A stretch of 53,293 bases of DNA, from assembly GCA_964457685.1 (NCBI GenBank), contig CAYWFS010000002.1:2519-55811 (forward strand), written 5' to 3'. Below, one piece after another: positions 1-8,898 of this stretch. Within the stretch, counting starts at the first letter, position 1. Every line of letters starts with the position of its first letter. The notes below the pieces were generated by a model. The model did not search any database. It saw nothing but the letters and a program-made list of their open reading frames with translations, and was not told the origin of the DNA. This DNA is from an uncultured Ruminococcus sp. (GTDB lineage Bacteria; Bacillota; Clostridia; Oscillospirales; CAG-272). The position numbers and the translations under genes were made by a program.

Positions 1-20
1 CAAAAATGCACCTCAATCCA

Positions 21-32
21 GAACAAGAGTTT
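21..32. promoter_or_regulatory. Putative LexA (SOS) box for a gene starting at the left window edge
   Basis: GAAC-AAGA-GTTT fits the Firmicute GAAC-N4-GTTY box; it lies between a minus-strand promoter (42-70) and an RBS-like GAGGTG/TTG at positions 1-15. Confidence 0.55.
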
Positions 33-41
33 GTTGTTATG

Positions 42-70
42 ATTATATCAAACACAACAGTTTATTGCAA
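42..70 (-). promoter_or_regulatory. sigma-A promoter firing leftwards out of the window
   Basis: Minus strand TTGCAA-17 nt-TATAAT with extended -10 TG. Confidence 0.65.
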
Positions 71-141
71 TAGCTTTTATTCGTTTTTTTCGGATTCTTT
101 AACACAAATTTCTTTTCAAATCGAATATTTGCAAAAAACAA

Positions 142-216
142 AAAAGACGCAAGGTGCATCCTTCGCAAACCGTTGTTTTTTCTGACTTTTTGCGGTGAAT
201 ACCTTCTGCGTCTTTT
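142..216. terminator. Long hairpin / intrinsic terminator after ackA
   Basis: AAAAGACGCA(142-151)/TGCGTCTTTT(207-216) stem with extended inner pairing and A/T tracts on both sides. Confidence 0.65.
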
Positions 217-230
217 ATTGTTTTCTTTAA

Positions 231-1445
231 TTACTTGCCAAGCTTGTTTACGATGTCTTCTGTGTCGGAAGCTATCATGAGTTCTTCGTTTGTGGGAAGA
301 ACGTATACCTTAACCTTGGAATCGGGTGTGGAGATAGCTACTGTATCGGACTGGTGGTGAATCTTTGCGTTAAGCTCACGGTCAATCTTAATTCCGTAGT
401 ATTCCATATCTGCACACGCTCTGTCTCTGAGTTCGGGGTTGTTTTCACCCATACCTGCTGTCCAAACGATAGCGTCGAGACCGTTCATTGCAGCTGTGTA
501 GGAGCCGATGTACTTCTTAATCTGGTAAGCGAGAGTTGTAGCGGCGATGGTTGCTCTTTCGTTGCCCTCGAGGATAGCAGCTTCGATGTCACGGCTGTCG
601 GAGGATATACCGGAAAGACCGAGGAAGCCACACTTCTTATTCATGTACTCGCTCATTTCGTCGGGTGTGTAGCCTTCCTTGTTCATGATGTATGTAACAA
701 CGGCAGGGTCGATTGCACCGCAACGTGTACCCATGAGAACACCGTCAAGAGGTGTAAAGCCCATGGATGTGTCTATACACTTACCGCCCTTTACAGCGGA
801 AATTGAGGAGCCGTTACCGATGTGGCAGGTGATAATCTTTGTTTCTTCAAGGGGCTTGTCGAGGAGCTTTGCCATTTCACGGGATACATATCTGTGAGAA
901 GTACCGTGGGCACCGTAGCGGCGGATGTGATACTTTTCGTACATATCGTAGGAAACACCGTACATATAAGCCTGTGTGGGCATTGTCTGGTGGAATGCGG
1001 TATCGAATACGAGAACCTGCGGCTTATCGGGCATTACGGAGAGACATCCCTTGATACCCATGATGTGAGCACCTGTGTGGAGTGGAGCGAAGTCACGGCA
1101 AAGTTCAAGCTTTTCGAGAACTTCGTCTGTGAGAAGAACGGATTCAAAGAAGTAAGGACCACCATGGACAACTCTGTGACCAACGGCTTCGATTTCGTTC
1201 ATGTCGGAGATAACACCTGTTTCGGGATCGGTGAGGTACTTGATAACGATCTCGGTAGCAACAGCGTGGTCGGGCATGGGATAATCAGCCTTTATCTTTT
1301 CGCCGTCTTCGCCCTTTCTATGCTCAATACGACCGTCAATACCGATTCTTTCGCAGATACCCTTTGCGAGAACGGAATTTGTAGCGGTATCAAAGAGCTG
1401 ATACTTGAGAGATGAAGAGCCGGCGTTTACAACTAAAACTTTCAT
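231..1445 (-). CDS. ackA: Acetate kinase
   Basis: N-terminal NAGSSSLK, GHRVVHGG, RRYGAHGTSH, HIGNGSS, TNEE motifs; GGAGG RBS. Confidence 0.97.
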   Translation of the reverse strand: MKVLVVNAGSSSLKYQLFDTATNSVLAKGICERIGIDGRIEHRKGEDGEKIKADYPMPDHAVATEIVIKYLTDPETGVISDMNEIEAVGHRVVHGGPYFFESVLLTDEVLEKLELCRDFAPLHTGAHIMGIKGCLSVMPDKPQVLVFDTAFHQTMPTQAYMYGVSYDMYEKYHIRRYGAHGTSHRYVSREMAKLLDKPLEETKIITCHIGNGSSISAVKGGKCIDTSMGFTPLDGVLMGTRCGAIDPAVVTYIMNKEGYTPDEMSEYMNKKCGFLGLSGISSDSRDIEAAILEGNERATIAATTLAYQIKKYIGSYTAAMNGLDAIVWTAGMGENNPELRDRACADMEYYGIKIDRELNAKIHHQSDTVAISTPDSKVKVYVLPTNEELMIASDTEDIVNKLGK

Positions 1446-1478
1446 TTTTATGTTTCCTCCGAATAATATGATAATGAT

Positions 1479-1507
1479 TTGACAATTGTTTGAATATCAG
1501 ATATAAT
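1479..1507 (+). promoter_or_regulatory. Consensus sigma-A promoter of tmcAL
   Basis: TTGACA(1479-1484)-17 nt-TATAAT(1502-1507). Confidence 0.8.
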
Positions 1508-1568
1508 TATATATTAAATAACCTCAAAATACAAGATATTTAGCTGAATTTGTAGGAAGATATAAAAT

Positions 1569-2684
1569 ATGGTAAAAACAAGTACTGTGATTTGTGAATT
1601 TAACCCGATACACAACGGGCATAAATATGTTCTGGCGGAGGCAAGACGGAATACGGGGGACGACGGGTGCGTTATAGCCGTTATGAGCGGTAATTTTACG
1701 CAGAGATGTACCCCTGCCGTTTACGATAAATATACGAGGGCATCTTCTGCCGTGCTGTGCGGAGCTGATATTGTGCTTGAGCTTCCGTTTCCGTGGTGCT
1801 GTTCGGGTGTAGAGGACTTTGCACTTGGCGGAGTATATATTTCCGCTATGCTTGGTTCTGACAGTCTGACATTCGGCTCGGAAAGCGGAGATACGGAATT
1901 CATAAAAAGCTGTGCGGACATTAAATCGTCTACCGAGTTTGTCGAAAAGCTCCGTATGCTTGAAAGTGAGCAACGTGAATCCGGTGCGGCTGTCCTTTTT
2001 GAGATGGCGATGAAGGAGCTTGGAATATCGTCAGAGCATAATATCGGTGCAAACGACAAGCTCGGAATGGAATACATGATATGTGGCAGAAAGTACGGAA
2101 TTGACGAGTTTAATGTAGTGCGTCGTGACATGAGCTGCATGAGTGCAAAGGGCATACGTCAGGCTATGTTCGACGGTGTTAAAGACTGCTCCGACGTTGC
2201 AAAAGAAGCAAAAGCGGTATTTGACGGGCTTAGATTTTGCTCGGAGGAGAGATACAACGACATTATGTTTTCGTATGCACGTCTGGGACTTAGAGATGTA
2301 AGCGGAAATCTTGCATATGCAAAGAAAACAGCTGAGGAATGTGCGACTGCGGAGGAATTTATTCGAGAGCTTCCGCAAAAAAAGCTGACTCTTGCAAGAA
2401 TGCGTAGAGAGATACTTTTTTCACTTCTTAATGTGAAAGAAATGAATAAAAAATCCCCACCTCTTTACACGGTGCTTCTTTGTGCAAACGAAAGAGGAAG
2501 GGAATTTTTGAAATCGGTAAAAAAGAACTCGAAAATTAAGATTATAACAAAGCCTGCCGACATTCCGACTGAGACGGAGATAGCCGATCAATACAGTATG
2601 CTCCTTGAAGCAGACAAGCTATATACCCTCTGCATGGGAGAACGTGCCGACAAATACATCCGCTCACGTCCCGTAATTATATAG
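1569..2684 (+). CDS. tmcAL: tRNA(Met) cytidine acetate ligase (HIGH nucleotidyltransferase)
   Basis: EFNPIHNGH, AVMSGNFTQR, GADIVLELP, LTFGSESGD motifs; typical position next to ackA. Confidence 0.88.
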   Translation: MVKTSTVICEFNPIHNGHKYVLAEARRNTGDDGCVIAVMSGNFTQRCTPAVYDKYTRASSAVLCGADIVLELPFPWCCSGVEDFALGGVYISAMLGSDSLTFGSESGDTEFIKSCADIKSSTEFVEKLRMLESEQRESGAAVLFEMAMKELGISSEHNIGANDKLGMEYMICGRKYGIDEFNVVRRDMSCMSAKGIRQAMFDGVKDCSDVAKEAKAVFDGLRFCSEERYNDIMFSYARLGLRDVSGNLAYAKKTAEECATAEEFIRELPQKKLTLARMRREILFSLLNVKEMNKKSPPLYTVLLCANERGREFLKSVKKNSKIKIITKPADIPTETEIADQYSMLLEADKLYTLCMGERADKYIRSRPVII

Positions 2685-3297
2685 TGGGAGCGGCGTAGTC
2701 TCTGATATAGTCTCTGATTCTGAAGCTTGCACCTATTTCGGCGGCAATACCTGAGCAACGCTCAATATCGGAATCGGGGAGTGTGCCGTTTACTACGGTA
2801 AGCTCTACTCTGGGAACGTACTTTGACACCTCACGGGCGAATTTTAAAACTCCCATGAATGCGTCCTCTCCGAATTTCGGGTGACATAGCTTCATGTATG
2901 TATCGGAATCCGCCGCATTGATGCTTATCGAAACACAGTCCGCAAGTCCCTTGAACATGGGAGCGGTATCTTCATCGAGAATCATTGAAGCGTGTCCGTT
3001 TGTGTTTATCGTTATAGGTGTCGTGGTAACCTCACGGAGCTTTTTGCAGGTCTCAAGCATATCGTAAAGTCTGCAAGTGGGTTCTCCGCCGCCGCTGAAG
3101 ACGATTCCGTTGAAGTTTCCGAGGTTGTATGAGAACAGTTCGGCTAATACCTCCTGAAGTGTAGGCTCTCTTTCAAGCTTTAAATTTGGAAAATACTCGG
3201 AATGTGAATAGTCACGGTAACAGAATTCGCATTTATTTGTACAGTGATTTGTGAGATTCACATACAAAGTGTTTTGTTCTACATAGGTTATAACCAT
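2677..3297 (-). CDS. TatD-associated radical SAM protein
   Basis: LYVNLTNHCTNKCEFC (CxxxCxxC), FSGGGEPT, INTNGH; about 200 aa; directly downstream of tatD. Confidence 0.85.
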   Translation of the reverse strand: MVITYVEQNTLYVNLTNHCTNKCEFCYRDYSHSEYFPNLKLEREPTLQEVLAELFSYNLGNFNGIVFSGGGEPTCRLYDMLETCKKLREVTTTPITINTNGHASMILDEDTAPMFKGLADCVSISINAADSDTYMKLCHPKFGEDAFMGVLKFAREVSKYVPRVELTVVNGTLPDSDIERCSGIAAEIGASFRIRDYIRDYAAPTI

Positions 3298-3365
3298 TGT
3301 GTCCTCCGTTTGAGAGACTTATGAGTGCAGTTTGATATTACGGTGGTGACAAGCTTTTCTGCGTC

Positions 3366-4154
3366 TCACAGGTCTATCGAATAAAATTGTTTAGCGTTCG
3401 CTTCGGTGAGCTTTTCGGCTTCATCATAAGAAATTCCTCTGATCTCAGCCAAAGCGGCACAGGTATATTTAAGGTAGCCGGAATAATTTATCTCTCCTCT
3501 GTGAGGTGTGGGCGGAAGATACGGACAGTCTGTCTCTATGAGAATCATATTGTCCGGTACAACAGCCGCACTCTCCTTTACTCCTCTTGCGTTTTTATAT
3601 GTAAGAGGACCCGAGAATGAAAGATACCAACCGAGCTTTGCATACTGCACAGCCATTTCGGCACTTCCGCTGTAGCTGTGGATAACTCCCTTTACGTCCG
3701 GTGTTGACCTTATCATCTCAAAGGTGTCACCCGCCGCATCTCTGGAATGTACAACCACGGGAAGTGATGCTCTTTTTGCAATTTCAAGCTGTGCTTTAAA
3801 GAAATATTCCTGTCTTTCTTTATCCGTACCGTCGTAGTGATAATCAAATCCTATCTCTCCGACTGCACGGACTTTTTTATGTTTTGTAAGCTTTTCTATC
3901 TCGTATAAGGCAAGGTCGCACTCTGCGGACGGGATGTTTTGAGCATCTGAGGGATGTATACCTACTGCGGCATAGAAGAAATCGTATTTTTCGGCAAGCA
4001 TTATCGAGTTCATGCTCGTTTTTACACTTGAGCCTATGTTTACGATATGTCCGACTCCCTCGCTGAGAGCTTTTTTTATCGCCCCGTCATATCCGTTTTC
4101 AAATTCTTCGGCAAAACGCTCGTCATCGTAATGTGCGTGTGCGTCAAAGAGCAT
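3366..4154 (-). CDS. tatD: TatD family hydrolase/DNase
   Basis: FDAHAH, GIHP, GEIGFDY, HSRDA, IETDCPYL. Confidence 0.93.
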   Translation of the reverse strand: MLFDAHAHYDDERFAEEFENGYDGAIKKALSEGVGHIVNIGSSVKTSMNSIMLAEKYDFFYAAVGIHPSDAQNIPSAECDLALYEIEKLTKHKKVRAVGEIGFDYHYDGTDKERQEYFFKAQLEIAKRASLPVVVHSRDAAGDTFEMIRSTPDVKGVIHSYSGSAEMAVQYAKLGWYLSFSGPLTYKNARGVKESAAVVPDNMILIETDCPYLPPTPHRGEINYSGYLKYTCAALAEIRGISYDEAEKLTEANAKQFYSIDL

Positions 4155-6109
4155 TATCTTACTCTTTCTCCGAGAGGTGTTGCGGGATCAAGGAATACGA
4201 CTCTTACAGTCTCTTCACCCGACGCAAGTATCATTCCGTTTGATTCGATACCGCAGAGAACTGCCGGCTTCAGGTTAGCGACAACGATAATCTTCTTGCC
4301 GATAAGATCCTCGGGAGCATAGAATTTTGCGATACCGGATGCAACTGTACGAGTTTCATAGCCGAGATCGAGTGTGAGCTTGAGGAGCTTCTTTGCCTTC
4401 GGAACCTTTTCACACGCTGTTATCTGAGCCGTTCTAAGCTCGACATTCATGAAGTCGTCAATGCCTATCTGAGCGATTCCCTCGGGCTTTTCGGGCTTCT
4501 GAGCGGCTTTCTCGGCCTCCTCAAGAGCTTTAAGAGCTGCCTGATGTTCTGCTTCCGCTTCCTTAAGGAATTCTTCTTCGTCGATACGCTGGAACAGAGG
4601 CTTTGCTTCACCTACTTCTCTGCCCGACTCGAGACCGCCGAACACGGATGTGCTGTCGTAGTCACGCTTGTCACTGCCTATCTGTGCAAAGATAGCGTCA
4701 GAGGTCTGAGGAATGATGGAGGAAAGAAGAACCGCACCAACACGGATTGTCTCGAGGAGGTTATAAATAACGGTTTCGAGTCTTTTCTTTGTTTCCTCGG
4801 ATTTAGCGAGAGTCCAGGGTGTTGTTTCGTCTATATATTTGTTAGCTCTCTTGAGCATTGTAAACACGTCTGCACAAGCGTCGGCAATGTGGAATGTATC
4901 CATATTTTCGCCAAAGCTCTTTACGCATTCCGCCACAGCCGCCTTAAGCTCTGCATCAGTACCCTCGTCTCCGTGAGGTGTGGGGATAACTCCGCCGAAA
5001 TACTTCTTTGTCATTGCAACTGTACGGTTTACAAGGTTACCGAGGTTGTTTGCAAGGTCTGTATTGTAACGACCGATAACAGCTTCGTGAGTAATGGAAC
5101 CGTCGGAAGCATAAGGCATTTCGGAAAGTGCGTAATAACGAACGCCGTCAACGCTGAACTTTTCGGCAAGCTTATCTGCGTAAATTACGTTTCCTCTTGA
5201 CTTTGACATTTTGTCTGTACCGAAGTTGAACCACGGATGACCGAATATCTGCTTCGGGAGAGGAAGGTCGAGAGCCATAAGGAAAATAGGCCAGTAGATG
5301 GAATGGAAACGCATGATGTCCTTACCGATTATGTGAACATCGGCAGGCCAGTATTTTCTGAAGTTTTCGCTCTGCACCTCAAGGTCGGGGTCGTATCCGA
5401 GTGCGGTAATATAGTTGGTAAGAGCGTCAAGCCATACATAAATAACGTGATTCGGGTCGAAATCTACGGGGATACCCCACTTGAAGCTGGTTCTGGAAAC
5501 GCAAAGATCCTGAAGACCGGGCTTAAGGAAGTTATTTACCATTTCCTTACGTCTTGCTTCGGGCATGATAAATTCGGGATGCTCCTCGATATACTGCATA
5601 AGGCGGTCGGCATACTTAGACATATTGAAGAAATATGCTTCTTCCTTAGCTTTGTGTACTTCACGTCCGCAGTCGGGGCATTTGCCGTCAACAAGCTGGC
5701 TGTCTGTGAAGAAGGATTCGCAGGGAGTGCAATACCAACCCTCGTAGCAACCCTTGTAGATGTCTCCCTTTTCATAGAACTTCTTAAATATCTTTGCAAC
5801 GGTCTCTTCGTGATTCTTGTCCGTTGTGCGGATGAAGTAGTTGTAGGAGGTGTTCATTGCATCCCAAATTTCACGGATAACGCCTGCGGTTTTATCAACG
5901 TATTCCTTGGGTGTGATTCCTGCGTCGGCTGCTTTAAGCTCTATCTTCTGACCATGTTCATCGGTACCTGTGCAGAAGAAAACATCGTAGCCACGCTGTC
6001 TCTTATATCTTGCTATAGCATCTGTCGCTATGATTTCATATGTGTTTCCGAAATGAGGCTTCGCAGACGCATATGCTATAGCGGTTGTTATATAATATTT
6101 TTCAGCCAT
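4154..6109 (-). CDS. metG: Methionine--tRNA ligase with C-terminal tRNA-binding domain
   Basis: YYITTAIAY, HFGN (HIGH variant), TGTDEHG, CxxC zinc knuckle, YVWLDAL, KMSKS. Confidence 0.97.
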   Translation of the reverse strand: MAEKYYITTAIAYASAKPHFGNTYEIIATDAIARYKRQRGYDVFFCTGTDEHGQKIELKAADAGITPKEYVDKTAGVIREIWDAMNTSYNYFIRTTDKNHEETVAKIFKKFYEKGDIYKGCYEGWYCTPCESFFTDSQLVDGKCPDCGREVHKAKEEAYFFNMSKYADRLMQYIEEHPEFIMPEARRKEMVNNFLKPGLQDLCVSRTSFKWGIPVDFDPNHVIYVWLDALTNYITALGYDPDLEVQSENFRKYWPADVHIIGKDIMRFHSIYWPIFLMALDLPLPKQIFGHPWFNFGTDKMSKSRGNVIYADKLAEKFSVDGVRYYALSEMPYASDGSITHEAVIGRYNTDLANNLGNLVNRTVAMTKKYFGGVIPTPHGDEGTDAELKAAVAECVKSFGENMDTFHIADACADVFTMLKRANKYIDETTPWTLAKSEETKKRLETVIYNLLETIRVGAVLLSSIIPQTSDAIFAQIGSDKRDYDSTSVFGGLESGREVGEAKPLFQRIDEEEFLKEAEAEHQAALKALEEAEKAAQKPEKPEGIAQIGIDDFMNVELRTAQITACEKVPKAKKLLKLTLDLGYETRTVASGIAKFYAPEDLIGKKIIVVANLKPAVLCGIESNGMILASGEETVRVVFLDPATPLGERVR

Positions 6110-6132
6110 TTTTGACTCCCTTTATAGTATTG

Positions 6133-7293
6133 TTAGATTCGCTCTCCGCAAATATAGACCTCTCCGAGAACGGGTGCATCCTTGTCTGCTACCGTAATAA
6201 AGTCGGCACGACAGCCTGCTTTAATTGAGCCGCATACGTTGTCTATTCCGAGAAGTGTTGCGGGATTTGCTGTAGCCATGGGAACGGTTTCCTCGATTGT
6301 GGCACCTGTGAAACGCATGAAGTTCTTAATTGCGGTAAAGAGGTCGAGTGTGCTTCCCGCAAGTGCTCCCTCTGTGTTTACTGCACGACCGTTCTTTACG
6401 AAAACGGGGAGACCTGCGATGGAATATTCTCCGTCGGGACAGCCGGCAGCTTCGAGAGAGTCGGTGATAAGAATGAGCTTGTCACTCGGCTTTGCACGGT
6501 ATGCGAGCTTTATCATTGCGGGATTGGAATGCTCACCGTCACAGATAAATTCGGAATATGCGTTATCTGCAAGGAGAGATGCAACCATGTTACCGGGTTC
6601 TCTGTGGTGGATGGGACGCATTGCGTTGAATGTATGGGTGAAAGATGTAACACCGTTTTCAACAGCTGTCATAGCCTCGTCATAGGTTGCGTCACTGTGT
6701 GCGAGAGAGCAACTTGCACCAAGCTCCTTAGCCTTTTTGAGGAATTCGAGTCCGCCCTCAAGCTCGTATGCCGCAGAAATATGCACGGGAGAGGGCTGCA
6801 TTGCGTTTATAAGCTTTTCAAGCTCTGTGGGATCAAGGGGAGCAAGGTAGTCTGGGTTGTGTGCTCCACGTCTCTTTGTGTTGAGGTATCTTCCCTCGAG
6901 ATGGATTCCGGCAAGAGTTGCAAGACCCTTTTCGGCAGTGCGATTGTTGTTTATAACCTCGGCGGAATGGAAAAGCTCGGAAAGCTCTGCGGAAGCGAGG
7001 GTAGCCATAACAGTTGTGGTACCTGCTTCTGCATAGGAACGACGCATTTCACGGACAGCATTATCGTCAATGGAGTTAAAATCGTGACCGCCTCTGCCGT
7101 GAGTGTGTATATCCACAAGACCCGGAATGAGGTACTTACCGCAAAGGTCAACTACCTCGTCTGCGGCAACATTTTCGCTTTCATCGTATATGCCCTCGAT
7201 GATTCCGTCGGAAACAAGAACGCTCCCGCTCAGAAACATTCGAGATTCAGTTATATATACATTACCGTTTTTAAATAAAGTTTTCATTTCCAA
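6133..7293 (-). CDS. nagA: N-acetylglucosamine-6-phosphate deacetylase
   Basis: PGLVDIHTHG, GIHLEG, THTFNAM, LITD, LAGSTL; start is TTG 7293 or ATG 7287. Confidence 0.93.
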   Translation of the reverse strand: MEMKTLFKNGNVYITESRMFLSGSVLVSDGIIEGIYDESENVAADEVVDLCGKYLIPGLVDIHTHGRGGHDFNSIDDNAVREMRRSYAEAGTTTVMATLASAELSELFHSAEVINNNRTAEKGLATLAGIHLEGRYLNTKRRGAHNPDYLAPLDPTELEKLINAMQPSPVHISAAYELEGGLEFLKKAKELGASCSLAHSDATYDEAMTAVENGVTSFTHTFNAMRPIHHREPGNMVASLLADNAYSEFICDGEHSNPAMIKLAYRAKPSDKLILITDSLEAAGCPDGEYSIAGLPVFVKNGRAVNTEGALAGSTLDLFTAIKNFMRFTGATIEETVPMATANPATLLGIDNVCGSIKAGCRADFITVADKDAPVLGEVYICGERI

Positions 7294-7354
7294 GCAGAGC
7301 TCCTTTATGAAATTCTATCATTATTTCAGTCGGGTATCAAAACCCGCTCATCAA

Positions 7355-7383
7355 ATTATAACAGAAAAACGCCTTTTTTACAA
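7355..7383 (-). promoter_or_regulatory. sigma-A promoter upstream of nagA-metG
   Basis: TTGTAA-17 nt-TATAAT with TG extension on the minus strand. Confidence 0.55.
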
Positions 7384-7518
7384 GACGTTTCTGATATGCC
7401 AAATCAACAGTAAAAAATCAGCAGATTGAGAGCGACTTATGCAATAAACACAAGAATATGCTAAAATCGTTCAAAAAATCTCAAAAAACTATGTTCTAAA
7501 ACAGCCCGGGTGAGACTT

Positions 7519-8868
7519 TTACTCTCCTTTTCCGCACTGATGCTCAACCCAAGATGAGGCAAACGGGTCTCCTCTTCGTTTCAGCTCCGAAAACAGCATT
7601 CTTCCGAGGTGTGCCATTGTCTCCTTATATTCGGGAGCGGAGGCAAGATTGTTTTTTTCTCCGGGGTCATTTGACAGGACGTAAAACTCATCCGTATCCG
7701 TGAGATTCCAGATGTATTTATAATCCTTTGTACGAATTCCACGCTGAGTGAAAAGTCCGAACTGCTGTCCGTTTGAAGTGAAAACCGCGTAATCGTCATC
7801 TCTTTCGGTAACACTCTTTCCGTGACGTGTGCTTTCGGCTTCGATTCCGATAAGCTTTTCAACGGTAGGTGCAACATCGAGAGAGGAGGAGACAAACGCT
7901 TCAACATCCTCGTGCGGCAAAGACGGATACCTGACTATCATCGGAACATGAACCACATCATCATAAAGAATATAGTGCTTATCAAGCATTCCGTGACTTC
8001 CGCAGGTGTCTCCGTGGTCTGACAGAAATATTATCAGTGTGTTGTCGTACTGCCCTGTTCTTTTCAGCTCGTCGAGTATAAGTCCGATTGAAGCATCGGT
8101 TTGGGTTATCATACCGAAATATCTTGCGACGGTCGGTGCGAAATCCTCCCACTTATATCCCTCGAGATGCCAGTTTTCTATCTGCTTTTTCTGAATGTAG
8201 GGCTTTCCCTCGAAGGTGTCTCCGAAGCCGTCCCACATTTCCATATCCTCGGGAGAGTACATTGTATCATAAGGACTGCTCGGTCTGCACGGCAAATGAG
8301 GGTCAGTTATATCAACCCAAATATGCCACGGAGAGCCGTTATTTTCCTTGATATAAGAAGCCGCCGAGGAACATATGCGGTAGGTTTTGGTATCCTCGAA
8401 TGCGATAGGATTTGAACAGCCGAACCATGAGCCGGGATAATTTATACTGCCGTATTTTTTGTTTATCTCTTCAGCGTAGCCTGCATTATCGAATATGGAT
8501 TCATATCCGAAATCGCATTCGTTTCCGTTGGGGGAAGCATCCCACTTTCCGACAAATGCACATCTGTAGCCGATATTTTTCAGCTCGGATACCCATGTCG
8601 GAACGGTTGGATCGGCTCCCGCTGTTTTTATGAAGTTGTAATTGAAAATTGCACCTATCGAGTCCGGCTGAACTCCAGTAAGCATTGCCTGACGTGAGGG
8701 AGCACAGACGGGTAGCGGAGTATATGCGTTTTTCATGAACAGCCCGTCCTCCGCAAGAGAGTCGATATTCGGCGTTGACGGAGCTTTTCTTCCCGTAAAA
8801 CGAGAGGAATATCCCACGCAGTCATATCTGAGCTGGTCGCATACGATAAACAATACGTTTGGCTTCAT
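7519..8868 (-). CDS. Cys-type (formylglycine-dependent) sulfatase, S1 family, no signal peptide
   Basis: KPNVLFIVCDQLR, TPNIDSLA, CAPSR (CxPxR), VGKW, PH, SDHGD, DPGEKNNL. Confidence 0.9.
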   Translation of the reverse strand: MKPNVLFIVCDQLRYDCVGYSSRFTGRKAPSTPNIDSLAEDGLFMKNAYTPLPVCAPSRQAMLTGVQPDSIGAIFNYNFIKTAGADPTVPTWVSELKNIGYRCAFVGKWDASPNGNECDFGYESIFDNAGYAEEINKKYGSINYPGSWFGCSNPIAFEDTKTYRICSSAASYIKENNGSPWHIWVDITDPHLPCRPSSPYDTMYSPEDMEMWDGFGDTFEGKPYIQKKQIENWHLEGYKWEDFAPTVARYFGMITQTDASIGLILDELKRTGQYDNTLIIFLSDHGDTCGSHGMLDKHYILYDDVVHVPMIVRYPSLPHEDVEAFVSSSLDVAPTVEKLIGIEAESTRHGKSVTERDDDYAVFTSNGQQFGLFTQRGIRTKDYKYIWNLTDTDEFYVLSNDPGEKNNLASAPEYKETMAHLGRMLFSELKRRGDPFASSWVEHQCGKGE

Positions 8869-8898
8869 TGTTTCTATTATACTACTTTATTTCGGTAA

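Noticed and set aside
2677-3297. Radical SAM considered as the sulfatase maturase
   Set aside because: Too short and lacks the Cys-rich SPASM domain of anSME
4544-6115. Long antisense ORFs over metG (similar ones over ackA, nagA, the isomerase, rqcH and lon)
   Set aside because: Shadow ORFs opposite well-supported genes, with no recognisable domains
6110-6132. T-box or SAM riboswitch expected before metG
   Set aside because: Only 23 nt separate nagA and metG; no T-box motif seen there or upstream of nagA
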